Of a DNA stretch of 64,000 nt, positions 50,159 to 59,067 are shown piece by piece. Source of the DNA: an uncultured Bdellovibrionales bacterium. Its GTDB lineage: Bacteria; Patescibacteriota; Minisyncoccia; Moranbacterales; DUUL01. A program made the position numbers and the translations under genes. Position 1 is the stretch's first letter. Each line of letters begins with the position of its first letter. The notes beneath the pieces were generated by a model. It saw only the letters and a program-made list of their open reading frames with translations, ran no database searches and was not told the origin of the DNA. The stretch is taken from positions 20,325 through 84,324 of the forward strand of contig CAYFUG010000001.1 of assembly GCA_964346295.1 (NCBI GenBank). The letters are read 5' to 3'.

Positions 50159-50554
50159 TTATCTCCTCTCCGCCTGAAACTTCTCCCAATATCTATCCAA
50201 CCGCCCCTCCTCATCGCCACACTTAGGATCCATCTGCATATTCACTCCCACTTCATCCAACCAAGTTTCGTAATAGGCGTCCAAAAACTGAGTCCCTTGC
50301 TTAGTAACATCATTTCTTACTAAACTCACCTCCAAATTAAGCTCCCGCTCGCCCAACCACTGCTGACCGGATTTCTTCAAAAGCCCCTTTTCGGCCAACC
50401 ACCGCAACACAAAATAAATGTGCCGCGAAGCATCCTCCAAGCTCAAAGAATCCCCGTCATAATACCAACGAGCCTTGTCCCACACCTGGGCCTTAACCGG
50501 CTTAGTGCTGGGCATTCTCTTGAAACGAGAAGTTATTTTTTTCCAAAGCTTCAT
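50159..50554 (-). CDS. Hypothetical protein (131 aa)
   Basis: ORF co-oriented upstream of 49063..50124. Confidence 0.4.
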   Translation of the reverse strand: MKLWKKITSRFKRMPSTKPVKAQVWDKARWYYDGDSLSLEDASRHIYFVLRWLAEKGLLKKSGQQWLGERELNLEVSLVRNDVTKQGTQFLDAYYETWLDEVGVNMQMDPKCGDEEGRLDRYWEKFQAERR

Positions 50555-50628
50555 GGGATCTTTTGGTTGATTTTTCGCCTCTGAAGTTATAAACTGATTA
50601 TAACTTTCTTTTTATTTTTTTCAAAATA

Positions 50629-50940
50629 ATGACAATTACCGACTTCAACGATCCTCTCCTCTTAACTCTCCTAACTTTCTACCTACTCATCAATCTTCTC
50701 TCTTTCTCGTTGATGGTTTTTGACAAAGGCCGCTCTCAAAGAGAAGGTCAGCGCCGCATCAGTGAAAAGGATCTTTTTTTCTGGGCCATTAGCCTGGGTG
50801 CTTTAGGCGTACTAGCCGGCATGCGCTTTTCTCGGCACAAAACCCGCAAATGGCAATTCTCCCTGGGAATTCCCTTGGCCTTGGTGCAAAATTGGGCTTT
50901 GCTGTGGTTGGCGATTGGCTGGCTCAAATTATTCAATTAA
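50629..50940 (+). CDS. DUF1294-family small membrane protein
   Basis: MVFDKGRSQREGQRRISEKDLFFWAISLGALGVLAGMRFSRHKTRKW. Confidence 0.6.
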   Translation: MTITDFNDPLLLTLLTFYLLINLLSFSLMVFDKGRSQREGQRRISEKDLFFWAISLGALGVLAGMRFSRHKTRKWQFSLGIPLALVQNWALLWLAIGWLKLFN

Positions 50941-51076
50941 CTCTCAGAACAAAACAAACCTGGCAAGTCTTCGAGGCCTGCCAGGTTTGTTATGAAAAGT
51001 AATCTATTTTTAAGAAAAAGCCAGGGGAGACTTTTTCTGAATTTATCTTAGGCTAGTAGCCAGTAGAGAAGCCTAA

Positions 51077-51330
51077 CTAGCCGTTAGGTCCCTCCTTACA
51101 TTTTTCGTATGCGTCGGAACCTGGATCATCCGTAAGCTCCTTCCCATAATCGAAGCAACTCTCCACATCTGGATGATCTTCCTGGCAACCTTCCACACAA
51201 GCCTGATAGTAACCTGATAGTAAGTGGTATTGCCATCAGCCTCAGTGGCGCAATCGTCATAACAAACACAGATTGGAGGAGTATTTTCCTCCGCCATCGC
51301 AGGATTTGTCGTTGCCAGACCCAAAGCCAT
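51077..51330 (-). pseudogene. Small Cys-rich acidic ORF whose frame is broken by an 11-bp tandem duplication (cctgatagtaa x2 at 51202-51223)
   Basis: Removing one repeat unit restores an 80-aa, 7-Cys protein MALGLATTNPAMAEENTPPICVCYDDCATEADGNTTYYQACVEGCQEDHPDVESCFDYGKELTDDPGSDAYEKCKEGPNG; weak SD aaggac upstream. Confidence 0.35.
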
Positions 51331-51479
51331 TGTTGTCCTTGATAAATAAATAACGGACCACTTTAATGAATATTTCTGTTTGAGTTACTTGACAAATATT
51401 CCCCTCCATGCTAGCTTGTGATGCCAACGCTTAAGGGGAGCGTTGCAAACATGCACTTTTATCAAAAAAGGAGGAAAGA

Positions 51480-51608
51480 ATGGCAAGAAAGATCGGGCTT
51501 ATCTTAGCCCTACTGGCACTGGCGGTGGCACTAGCGGGATGCGGTGGGTACGTACCAACTGGTCAGGCCCTACGGTCCCCACGAAAGAGGTATCAGCCGA
51601 CCGGATAG
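51480..51608 (+). CDS. 42-aa lipoprotein precursor in a GC-rich islet (not in ORF track)
   Basis: Strong SD aaaggagg 5 nt upstream; MARKIGLILALLALAVALAGCGG lipobox. Confidence 0.4.
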   Translation: MARKIGLILALLALAVALAGCGGYVPTGQALRSPRKRYQPTG

Positions 51609-51710
51609 CCACAAGTTCTTTGACACCAGCCAATGCGGCCAACCCTTTCAGACTCACAACGCCTAAATCAATTTAAAATTGACAAGCTTTTAAGGTCTTA
51701 AGAGGTCTTA

Positions 51711-51764
51711 ATTAAAAGTAGGAGCGCGATTAATTTTAACGACCGCAGGTGGTCGCGCCCCTAC
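51711..51764 (-). terminator. Intrinsic terminator downstream of dnaK
   Basis: gtaggagcgcg...cgcgcccctac long hairpin with U-run on minus strand. Confidence 0.55.
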
Positions 51765-51797
51765 TGACAAAAAATCTATCTCGATTAAGCTCAGCCA

Positions 51798-53753
51798 CTA
51801 CTTCTTCTCATCATCCTTTTTGTCATCCTTGCTGTCCTTCTCATCTTTCTCATTCTTCTCTTCTTCTACTTCCGCATCTTTTACCTTGGAATCGCCCTCC
51901 TGTTCTCCACCTTCTGCCTGACCTTCTGCTGACTTGTTCTCTGCTTCTGCTGCCGCTTGATACAACTCTTGGCCAATCTTTTGAGCCTCAGTAGAAAGCT
52001 CTTCGGTAGCCTTTTTGATCGCCTCCAAATCATCGCCGTCTTTAACTTTCTTGAGGGCTTCTACTTTCTCTTCTACCGGCTTTTTCTTTTCCGCATCGAT
52101 TTTCTCCCCCGCATCTTTGAGAGATTTCTCAGTAGAATAGACCAGGCTATCCGCCATATTTTTGGCTTCCACTAATTCCGCTTTTTTCTTATCTTCTTCG
52201 GCGTGGGCCTCGGCCTCCTTTTTCATCTTCTCCACTTCCTCCTCGCTCATATCGCTAGAAGCCTCGATTCGAATCGATTGTTCCTTGTTAGTAGCCTTAT
52301 CTTTAGCTTTTACCTGCAAAATTCCGTTGGCGTCGATGTCAAAAGACACTTCCACTTGGGGCACTCCTCGAGGCGCCGGTGGAATTCCGTCCAACATAAA
52401 GCGTCCCAAGGTTTTGTTGTCAGCCGCCATCTTACGCTCGCCCTGGAGAACATGAATCTCCACGCTAGGCTGGTTATCAGCCGCGGTAGAGAAAATCTGG
52501 CTCTTAGAAGCTGGAATAGTGGTATTACGCTCAATTAAAGGGGTGGAAACACCGCCCATAGTTTCAATTCCTAAGGTCAAAGGAGTAACATCCAGCAGTA
52601 GCACATCCTTAACATCCCCTTGCAAGACACCCCCTTGAATGGCCGCTCCCATCGCTACTACTTCGTCAGGATTAACACCAGTAGAAGGCTTTTTGCCAAA
52701 GAACTCTTCCACCTTCTTTTGCACTAGCGGCATCCGAGTCATTCCTCCCACCATTACCACTTCATTAATATCACCAAATTTCACTCCTGCGTCTTCTAGA
52801 GCTTTTTTGCAAGGCTCCAAGGAACGATCCACTAGATCGCCCACCAGCTCTTCTAGCTTGGCACGGGTAATTTTCATTACTAAGTGTTTAGGGCCTTCCG
52901 CTCCGGAGGTAATAAAAGGCTGATTGATCTCAGTTTCTTGAGAGGTAGACAGCTCGATCTTGGCCTTCTCGGCCGCTTCTTTAATGCGCTGCAACGCCAA
53001 AGGATCTTTAGAAAGATCCACTCCTTCTTGTTTTTTAAACTCCTCTAAAATCCAATCGATGATCACCTGATCAAAATCATCTCCTCCTAAGTAAGTGTCT
53101 CCGTTGGTAGATTTTACTTCTACGGTGTCTTCCGCTACTTCTAAAATGGAAATATCAAAAGTTCCTCCCCCTAAATCGTATACTGCGATTTTCTCGTCTT
53201 TCTTTTTGTCAAAACCGTAAGCTAAGGCCGCTGCCGTCGGCTCGTTAATGATCCGCTTGACTTCTAGACCGGCAATTTTTCCGGCATCTTTAGTGGCTTT
53301 GCGTTGAGCATCATCAAAATAGGCCGGGACGGTAATTACTGCCTCGGTGATAGTTTCGCCCAATTTAGCCTCGGCATCTGCTTTGAGTTTTTGCAGAACC
53401 ATGGCACTAATTTCTGCCGGGCGATAGTCCTTACCATTCATTTCGATATTAACCGCTCCCTTTTTTCCTTCTTTCAGTTTGAAAGGCATCTTTTCCGCCG
53501 CCGACTTTACTTCTTTATCCGAAAAATTCCGCCCGATTAAGCGCTTAGCAGAAAAAATGGTCTTTTCCGGGTTAGTTACCGCCTGCCGTTTGGCCAAGAG
53601 GCCCACCAGGCGTTCTCCGGATTTATTGATGGCCACCATAGAGGGCGTGGTCCGATTCCCTTCTTTGTTTTCGACAATTTCGGGCTTGCCGCCAGTCACC
53701 ACTGCCATGGCACTGTTGGTTGTCCCTAGGTCAATACCTAAAATTTTTGACAT
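51798..53753 (-). CDS. dnaK: Chaperone DnaK (Hsp70)
   Basis: [16 protein letters not shown], acidic C-terminal tail. Confidence 0.95.
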   Translation of the reverse strand: MSKILGIDLGTTNSAMAVVTGGKPEIVENKEGNRTTPSMVAINKSGERLVGLLAKRQAVTNPEKTIFSAKRLIGRNFSDKEVKSAAEKMPFKLKEGKKGAVNIEMNGKDYRPAEISAMVLQKLKADAEAKLGETITEAVITVPAYFDDAQRKATKDAGKIAGLEVKRIINEPTAAALAYGFDKKKDEKIAVYDLGGGTFDISILEVAEDTVEVKSTNGDTYLGGDDFDQVIIDWILEEFKKQEGVDLSKDPLALQRIKEAAEKAKIELSTSQETEINQPFITSGAEGPKHLVMKITRAKLEELVGDLVDRSLEPCKKALEDAGVKFGDINEVVMVGGMTRMPLVQKKVEEFFGKKPSTGVNPDEVVAMGAAIQGGVLQGDVKDVLLLDVTPLTLGIETMGGVSTPLIERNTTIPASKSQIFSTAADNQPSVEIHVLQGERKMAADNKTLGRFMLDGIPPAPRGVPQVEVSFDIDANGILQVKAKDKATNKEQSIRIEASSDMSEEEVEKMKKEAEAHAEEDKKKAELVEAKNMADSLVYSTEKSLKDAGEKIDAEKKKPVEEKVEALKKVKDGDDLEAIKKATEELSTEAQKIGQELYQAAAEAENKSAEGQAEGGEQEGDSKVKDAEVEEEKNEKDEKDSKDDKKDDEKK

Positions 53754-53880
53754 AAGTTTGTAAATTAATTAAGTTATTTAGAAAAGAATTCGACTACATA
53801 AAAAACTGCGGAAACTGCCTGAGTAAGGGTCAAAGACAAAATAATCCACCCCAACCTACTATTCACCCTCTCCAGGCTAT

Positions 53881-54075
53881 TCATTTCTTGATTTGCTCCT
53901 TAACAACTTTCTCAAAATCATCAACAGATTCATTTAATTTTTCGAAAGAACACTTCAATCTATAGCTTACACTTGATGATATTGCCAGAGAAATATTCCC
54001 GGGACCTCTTGTAACGATATCTCTAATTATCTTCTTATCCTCTTCTTTCAGATCTTTCATGAATTCTTCTTTCAA
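53881..54075 (-). CDS. Hypothetical 64-aa protein between CIRCE/repeat E and dnaK
   Basis: ORF only. Confidence 0.35.
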   Translation of the reverse strand: MKEEFMKDLKEEDKKIIRDIVTRGPGNISLAISSSVSYRLKCSFEKLNESVDDFEKVVKEQIKK

Positions 54076-54103
54076 GCTCCTAAACTTTACTTTTAGTATT
54101 TTT

Positions 54104-54247
54104 TAGGGCTTTCAAACTTCAGGAAATTTTTACCTGCCTGCCGGCAGGCAGGGGCGCAAGCGAGGCTTGGTGCGAGTCGTACTGAAAGGTACGATGAGCG
54201 AGTAGCGGAGAGTTTAACAACAAAATTTTCAAAATTTGGGAGTCCCT
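54104..54247 (+). repeat. Dispersed intergenic repeat, copy E (lies between CIRCE operator and the 64-aa gene/dnaK)
   Basis: cctgcctgccggcaggcagg palindrome; tcgtactgaaaggtacga hairpin; gagcgagtagcggagagtttaacaacaaaattttcaaaatttgggagtccc. Confidence 0.75.
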
Positions 54248-54259
54248 CTTAATAAAAAA

Positions 54260-54286
54260 TTAGCAGTCTAGGTAGTAGACTGCTAA
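54260..54286. promoter_or_regulatory. CIRCE-like HrcA operator upstream of the 64-aa gene/dnaK
   Basis: TTAGCAGTC-N9-GACTGCTAA perfect inverted repeat (consensus TTAGCACTC-N9-GAGTGCTAA). Confidence 0.7.
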
Positions 54287-54439
54287 AATTATAGCGCATT
54301 CTTGAATTGTGTCAAATCTACAACCTTAGACCAAAAAGAGGCAGGGAAAACCACCTCTTTAAGGTCTGATTGAAATCAACTAAGGCTACTTATCTAGCAC
54401 CAGAAAATCGGATCACTGAAAAACCGGACGACCCGATAG

Positions 54440-54871
54440 CTATTTCTTCTCCACTCCCACCTTAATCTTCTTAGGCTTCATTTCTTCTGCCTTAGGCAAG
54501 GTGATTTTCAAGACACCGTCTTTATAATCGGCTTTGGCCTGATCACCTTTTACCGTCATCGGCAAAATCATGCTCCGGGTAAAACTTCCCAGCCGCACTT
54601 CCCGTCGATAAAAATCCTCTTGCTTGGTTTCCTTTTCTTCTTCGCGAGAACCGCTCACGGTAAGGACATCGCTTTCCACTGTAATATCAGCTTTGTCCGG
54701 ATCAATACCCGGCAAATCCAGTTCGGCAATCACATTGTCCTTATCTTGATAGATATTGGCAGCCGGAACAAAATCTCCGGCGAAGGTATCCTCATCCCAA
54801 CCTCTCATCAGGTCGCGGAAAGGTTCCCATTGCATTAAATGTCTTCGCATAAATTTGGATCCTCCTGTCAT
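54440..54871 (-). CDS. Small heat-shock protein (Hsp20/alpha-crystallin family)
   Basis: Alpha-crystallin-domain pattern, 143 aa. Confidence 0.9.
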   Translation of the reverse strand: MTGGSKFMRRHLMQWEPFRDLMRGWDEDTFAGDFVPAANIYQDKDNVIAELDLPGIDPDKADITVESDVLTVSGSREEEKETKQEDFYRREVRLGSFTRSMILPMTVKGDQAKADYKDGVLKITLPKAEEMKPKKIKVGVEKK

Positions 54872-55002
54872 CGGAGCCCACTAATTTTAGACTTCGGTGA
54901 CACTTGGATGATTAAAGATTAATTTCAAATTCTAAATTCTAAATTTTAAAACAATTTTGAATAATCTAATGTCTGAAGATCCGAATAATTTGCTTTCTGG
55001 GG

Positions 55003-55344
55003 CTATTTTAGAGAATGGAAGATTTTGCTAAAAATCATAGTTAATTCTCGAGATTCTTTCCATAGTGTCCTTAATTCAGATCTCTTGTCCTTCTCAACTT
55101 CTGCTAACATTTCTAGCCAGTATTCAGTTTCACTAATTTCTTTTCTGCAGATGCTAATTTTATTACGGAAATCTTTTTTAGAACAACCAGCATTAGCTTC
55201 TTTATAGTTAGCTCCAACACTTAGGGCTGATCTAATAAGTTGGTCAACAATGTTTCTGTTTAGGTGGCTTAGCTGAACAGCTCTCACAAGGCTTAAAATG
55301 CTTCTTCCAAATTTCTTAGTTCTTTCTTCTAAGTCATATTTCAT
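55003..55344 (-). CDS. Four-helix-bundle protein (23S rRNA intervening-sequence protein family)
   Basis: RSALSVGANYKEANAGCSKKDFRNKISICRKEISETEYWLEM matches family core. Confidence 0.6.
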   Translation of the reverse strand: MKYDLEERTKKFGRSILSLVRAVQLSHLNRNIVDQLIRSALSVGANYKEANAGCSKKDFRNKISICRKEISETEYWLEMLAEVEKDKRSELRTLWKESRELTMIFSKIFHSLK

Positions 55345-55441
55345 AGCAATAGAGATATGATAATAGCGCAGCTATTTAAAATTAATTTATTTGGTATTGA
55401 GGTATTGTTTTGAAATTTGAAATTTATAATTCGAAATTAGC

Positions 55442-56794
55442 TCAGCCGGCTTCCACGCTCACCGCCCTTATCACCTTTCCATTCAAGCGATAGCCCTTCT
55501 TTAAAATCTTGCCTACTTGATCGCCTTTCCCGGCCACTACTTCGTGAATATTAGAATCAATAGCGTCTCCTGGTTGAGTAGCAATCTCTTCTACTCCTCG
55601 TTCTTCTAGTGTTTTTAGGAGTTGATTTTTAATGTGCATAATTCCTGTTACCCAAGGATTGTCTTGCTGATCCTCCGGCACAAAAGCCACTGAGGCCTCA
55701 AAGTTATCCACCACCGGCAGCAGTCCCAAAATCAAATCTTCCGTGGCGTACTTGCGAAATTCTTCTTTTTCCTTTTCTGCTCGTTTACGAAAATTATCCA
55801 GTTCCGCCGCCGCTCTTTTCCAGCTATTCTCTGAATCCAAAAGCTCCAGCGTTCGAGCAGCCTCCTTGAGAGCCTTAAACAAATGAATCTCCATAAAATT
55901 ATCAGCAGCCGGTTTGCCAATTTTTTCTAAAGCCTCTTTAAAGCTGAGCCACTCTAGGCTTTGGTGCTCATTTTCATCAACTCGAGCCAATTCAGGATTG
56001 CCCGTAAAAACCAGATAGTAAGGAGTTTTATAGCCATAAAATCCGTTCCACTGATCAGCGGTGATATCAGGAACATAAATGACTGGGCCTATCTCGATAC
56101 CACTCAAACCCGCTTCCTCCTCGACCTCCCTCTTGACCGCATCCTCTAAAAACTCTCCAGCGCCCAAAGATCCGCCCGGAATATCGTAACTACCCGGATA
56201 AAACAAGTCGCTATCGGAGCGCTTTAACAACAAGACTCGATTTTGATTATCCACCACCACTGCTCGCACTCCTACTCGAAAAAACTTTTGGTCCTTCATT
56301 CGCCGAGCTGCACCAATCAAAGTCTCCCTCTTCTCATTCTCAAAGCCATTTTTTTTATTTAAAAGGTTAATGGCTTCTTCTAAGTTCAACCACTGAAATT
56401 CACTATGCTCTCGCTTGTTCAACTTGACTTTCTGAGGATTCTGACCTTCTTTTAAAAATGTCAAATAGCGCAAACCTCTTTTTTCGTCTTGAAATTGCCG
56501 GCTCTCTTTGGGAAACTCGCTAACTTTAATCACCGTGTCTAATTTTACTTCCAGGCCGGTTTCTTCTCGCACTTCTCTTTTCACTGCCTCCTCCACCGAT
56601 TCTCCTTCATCTACATGGCCACCCGGCAAATCCCATTTTTCGGCGTTCCAAGGAACTTTTTTAGAGCGCTTCAATAGCAGCACTTGCTCATTCTCTCGAT
56701 CTACTATCACTGCCTTGACTGTTAAAGACATCGGACGAGAAAATCGATCTGCTTGCATTTGTTGTTGAGTTTTATCGGAATCTTTTTTCAGCAT
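55442..56794 (-). CDS. grpE: Fusion protein: two tandem Nudix hydrolase domains followed by a GrpE nucleotide-exchange-factor domain
   Basis: Nudix boxes GGHVDEGESVEEAVKREVREETGLEV and GGSLGAGEFLEDAVKREVEEEAGL; C-terminus AAELDNFRKRAEKE...AIDSNIHEVVA...GYRLNGKVIRAVSVEAG (GrpE); single uninterrupted 450-codon frame. Confidence 0.85.
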   Translation of the reverse strand: MLKKDSDKTQQQMQADRFSRPMSLTVKAVIVDRENEQVLLLKRSKKVPWNAEKWDLPGGHVDEGESVEEAVKREVREETGLEVKLDTVIKVSEFPKESRQFQDEKRGLRYLTFLKEGQNPQKVKLNKREHSEFQWLNLEEAINLLNKKNGFENEKRETLIGAARRMKDQKFFRVGVRAVVVDNQNRVLLLKRSDSDLFYPGSYDIPGGSLGAGEFLEDAVKREVEEEAGLSGIEIGPVIYVPDITADQWNGFYGYKTPYYLVFTGNPELARVDENEHQSLEWLSFKEALEKIGKPAADNFMEIHLFKALKEAARTLELLDSENSWKRAAAELDNFRKRAEKEKEEFRKYATEDLILGLLPVVDNFEASVAFVPEDQQDNPWVTGIMHIKNQLLKTLEERGVEEIATQPGDAIDSNIHEVVAGKGDQVGKILKKGYRLNGKVIRAVSVEAG

Positions 56795-56975
56795 AGATAA
56801 ATAAATAGTTTAGAGGTTAAATTTGAGACTTTCTTTTTCACTAGAAGTCATCCTATTGGTCATCCCCGCCTTCGAGAGAATGACGGCTTGTTAGGCTCTG
56901 AAAAAAATCCTAAGTTATCATCATCCAAACTCTTCTTCTGCAGGATTCAGCAACGAAGCGCACCAAAAATGGAAG

Positions 56976-57689
56976 TCACCCCAAGAAAAGTTTGCGCACA
57001 AAATCAATCAGGCTCTTATTTCGCCCGTACTGCATCCGCTTGGGTCCAATAATCGCAATAATGCCCGAGTCTCCGTCTTCGGAGTGATAAGAAGAGGCGA
57101 TCATGGAACAACTCCGAATCTCCTCAATCGGGTTTTCTCCACCGATATAGATTTTAGGACCTTCTTCGCTTTCTAAGTCGGCTACTATTCGCTCTACATT
57201 CTCATCAATTAAATCCAAGGTGGCCGAGATTCTGGAAAATTCCCCTAATTGCTGAAATTCCGGATCTTCTAACAAAGTGTGCATCCCAAAGTCATAAAAC
57301 TCGCCGGTTTTAGGCAATCCACTCAACGCCAAGCAGCGCGAGGAGGCCGAAAGCGTTTTGGCTAGCGTCCTAGACAGCCGAACATTCTGAGCCTTGAGTT
57401 TCAGCATCTCTACCTGTAAGCGTTTTTGATCTCCAGGAGAGAGCCTGCCCGGATCTAAAAAGTTATCTACAAAATAGCGGTAACCTCGATCAGAGGGGAT
57501 TCTCCCTGCACTAGTATGAGGCTTGATCAAAAACCCTTCCTTTTCCAGATTAGCCAATTCATTCCGTAAGGTCGCTGAGGAATATTCCGGAAGATACTTT
57601 TCTTTTAATAAAGAGCTGCTCACTGGGGTTGCCGTCAAAGTATACTCTTGCACTACCGAAACCAATACTTCCCCTTGTCTTTCTGTTAA
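56976..57689 (-). CDS. hrcA: Heat-inducible transcription repressor HrcA (start probably at the internal MLTERQ; track ORF extends to 57731)
   Basis: MLTERQGEVL N-terminus typical of HrcA, winged-helix N-domain. Confidence 0.85.
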   Translation of the reverse strand, partial: LTERQGEVLVSVVQEYTLTATPVSSSLLKEKYLPEYSSATLRNELANLEKEGFLIKPHTSAGRIPSDRGYRYFVDNFLDPGRLSPGDQKRLQVEMLKLKAQNVRLSRTLAKTLSASSRCLALSGLPKTGEFYDFGMHTLLEDPEFQQLGEFSRISATLDLIDENVERIVADLESEEGPKIYIGGENPIEEIRSCSMIASSYHSEDGDSGIIAIIGPKRMQYGRNKSLIDFVRKLFLG

Positions 57690-57950
57690 CATAAAAACTA
57701 AAATAATCAATTTAATGCAGTCATTAAGCAACTTCTTAGAGCCTGTTTAAAATAACAGCATCCATCCAATGCCAGGCTTTCAAAAGCCTGGGGCGATAAC
57801 CGAAGGGGGATAAGAGGCGCCGATTCTTTCTTAAAGCGGAGAGATTGCATCTCGCCCAGAGAGAAACCGTTAAAGCTTAAATGGTTCTGATTTTCAGTCT
57901 TTTCAGAAGCCGGTTCCGAAAAGAATTTGAGGGAATTCAGAAAAATCACT

Positions 57951-57977
57951 TTAGCACTCTCACCCCCCGACTGCTAA
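57951..57977. promoter_or_regulatory. CIRCE-like HrcA operator upstream of hrcA
   Basis: TTAGCACTC-N9-GACTGCTAA (one mismatch to consensus right arm). Confidence 0.65.
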
Positions 57978-58131
57978 CTATATTGTAACGCAAAATCACC
58001 GGCTGTCAAGAGGCGAAAAGCTCTTAGTCAAAAGTCCCCAAGGTAGACTAAAAACTACAAACTGGCCAATATCCACTGGCAAATCACAGTCCTCATAAAA
58101 TCAGTAAAACATAGTTCAGACAATGCCCAGA

Positions 58132-58172
58132 CAAAAAAAGAGGCCGGGCCGGAGAATTCCGGCTCGGCCTCT
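58132..58172 (-). terminator. Strong GC-rich intrinsic terminator (bidirectional hairpin)
   Basis: gaggccgggccggagaattccggctcggcctc with A7 on plus / U7 on minus. Confidence 0.7.
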
Positions 58173-58191
58173 TTAGTGGGGGCAGTTTCTT

Positions 58192-58317
58192 CTAAGGAAG
58201 GCATGTGCTTAGCCCTCCTACAGCTTCGGAAAAGCACTTCCCGATAAAAACGCTTGAGAAGTGCAAAAAAATTAAAGCCAAAAGAGAAATCACCACTCCC
58301 GCCAAAACATACTTCAT
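58192..58317 (-). CDS. 41-aa hydrophobic peptide gene with strong SD and its own terminator (not in ORF track)
   Basis: SD gagaaaggagaagg-ATG; MKYVLAGVVISLLALIFLHFSSVFIGKCFSEAVGGLSTCLP; terminator at 58132-58172. Confidence 0.4.
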   Translation of the reverse strand: MKYVLAGVVISLLALIFLHFSSVFIGKCFSEAVGGLSTCLP

Positions 58318-58677
58318 ACCTTCTCCTTTCTCGGCCCGCCGTTGCGAGCCGTTTATTGTTGGCGTTAGGTGACATTGTCCCTTGCTTTTCCTAATTTGTC
58401 AACCCCAGTTATCCCCCAGCTGACAAGCTGACTCTCAAAATTGCTCGCTGTCTTTTCAGAAAGCCTCTGCTCAGCTTTCTTACCAGCCTTCTTCTCAGTC
58501 TTCCTCTCAACCTTCCTCTTAGTCTTCCCTGTTGATAAATATTCTTGACAATCACTAGCTTGTCTGCTACCTTGACCACCGTTGGAATGGCCCAAGCTTG
58601 GGTCAATTGAACCGTCCAGGCGCCTAATGTCATCGGGCGCTGGACTAAACAAATCCTCACACGAAAGGAGGAAAAAG

Positions 58678-59058
58678 ATGGCAAAACGGAAATTGGAGGC
58701 TTGGTGCCCCTGGACGGCCCTGGCGCTAGTGGCGCTGCTGCTGGTGGCACTGACTTGCGGCATAGCCTGCGAGAAGAAGGTCCAGGCTGCCCCAGTGCCC
58801 GCTGGGCACATCAACGCCCCGGCAGCCACCGGCGCCCAAAACTGCGCTGCCTGCCACACCGCGCCTCTACTCTCAGGAATAGACTGGGGCGAACGGGACG
58901 GAAGAGACGGAAGCGGAGACTGCCCTCCGCCGCCTCCATCTGACATCACCGGAAACGAGCCCCCCGTCATGTTAGGGGACAGTGGCGGTGGCGACGGTGA
59001 TCGCTGGAGCCCGCCGAATTCGCCCTTTCCAACAAGTCCGCCGAGAGCAAAAAGTTAA
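58678..59058 (+). CDS. 126-aa GC-rich lipoprotein with a CxxCH motif and Pro/Gly/Asp-rich tail; the minus-strand ORFs here (58365..58970, 58409..58750) are likely GC-driven artefacts
   Basis: SD aaaggagg; MAKRKLEAW...LVALLLVALTCGIAC lipobox-like signal; NCAACHTAP; followed by terminator 59068-59114. Confidence 0.5.
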   Translation: MAKRKLEAWCPWTALALVALLLVALTCGIACEKKVQAAPVPAGHINAPAATGAQNCAACHTAPLLSGIDWGERDGRDGSGDCPPPPPSDITGNEPPVMLGDSGGGDGDRWSPPNSPFPTSPPRAKS

Positions 59059-59067
59059 ATAGGCGGC

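Noticed and set aside
58365-58970. 201-aa and 113-aa minus-strand ORFs and the 80-aa plus ORF in the GC-rich islet
   Set aside because: High GC suppresses stop codons on all frames. Only the plus-strand 58678..59058 frame has an SD, a signal-peptide-like N-terminus and a downstream terminator.
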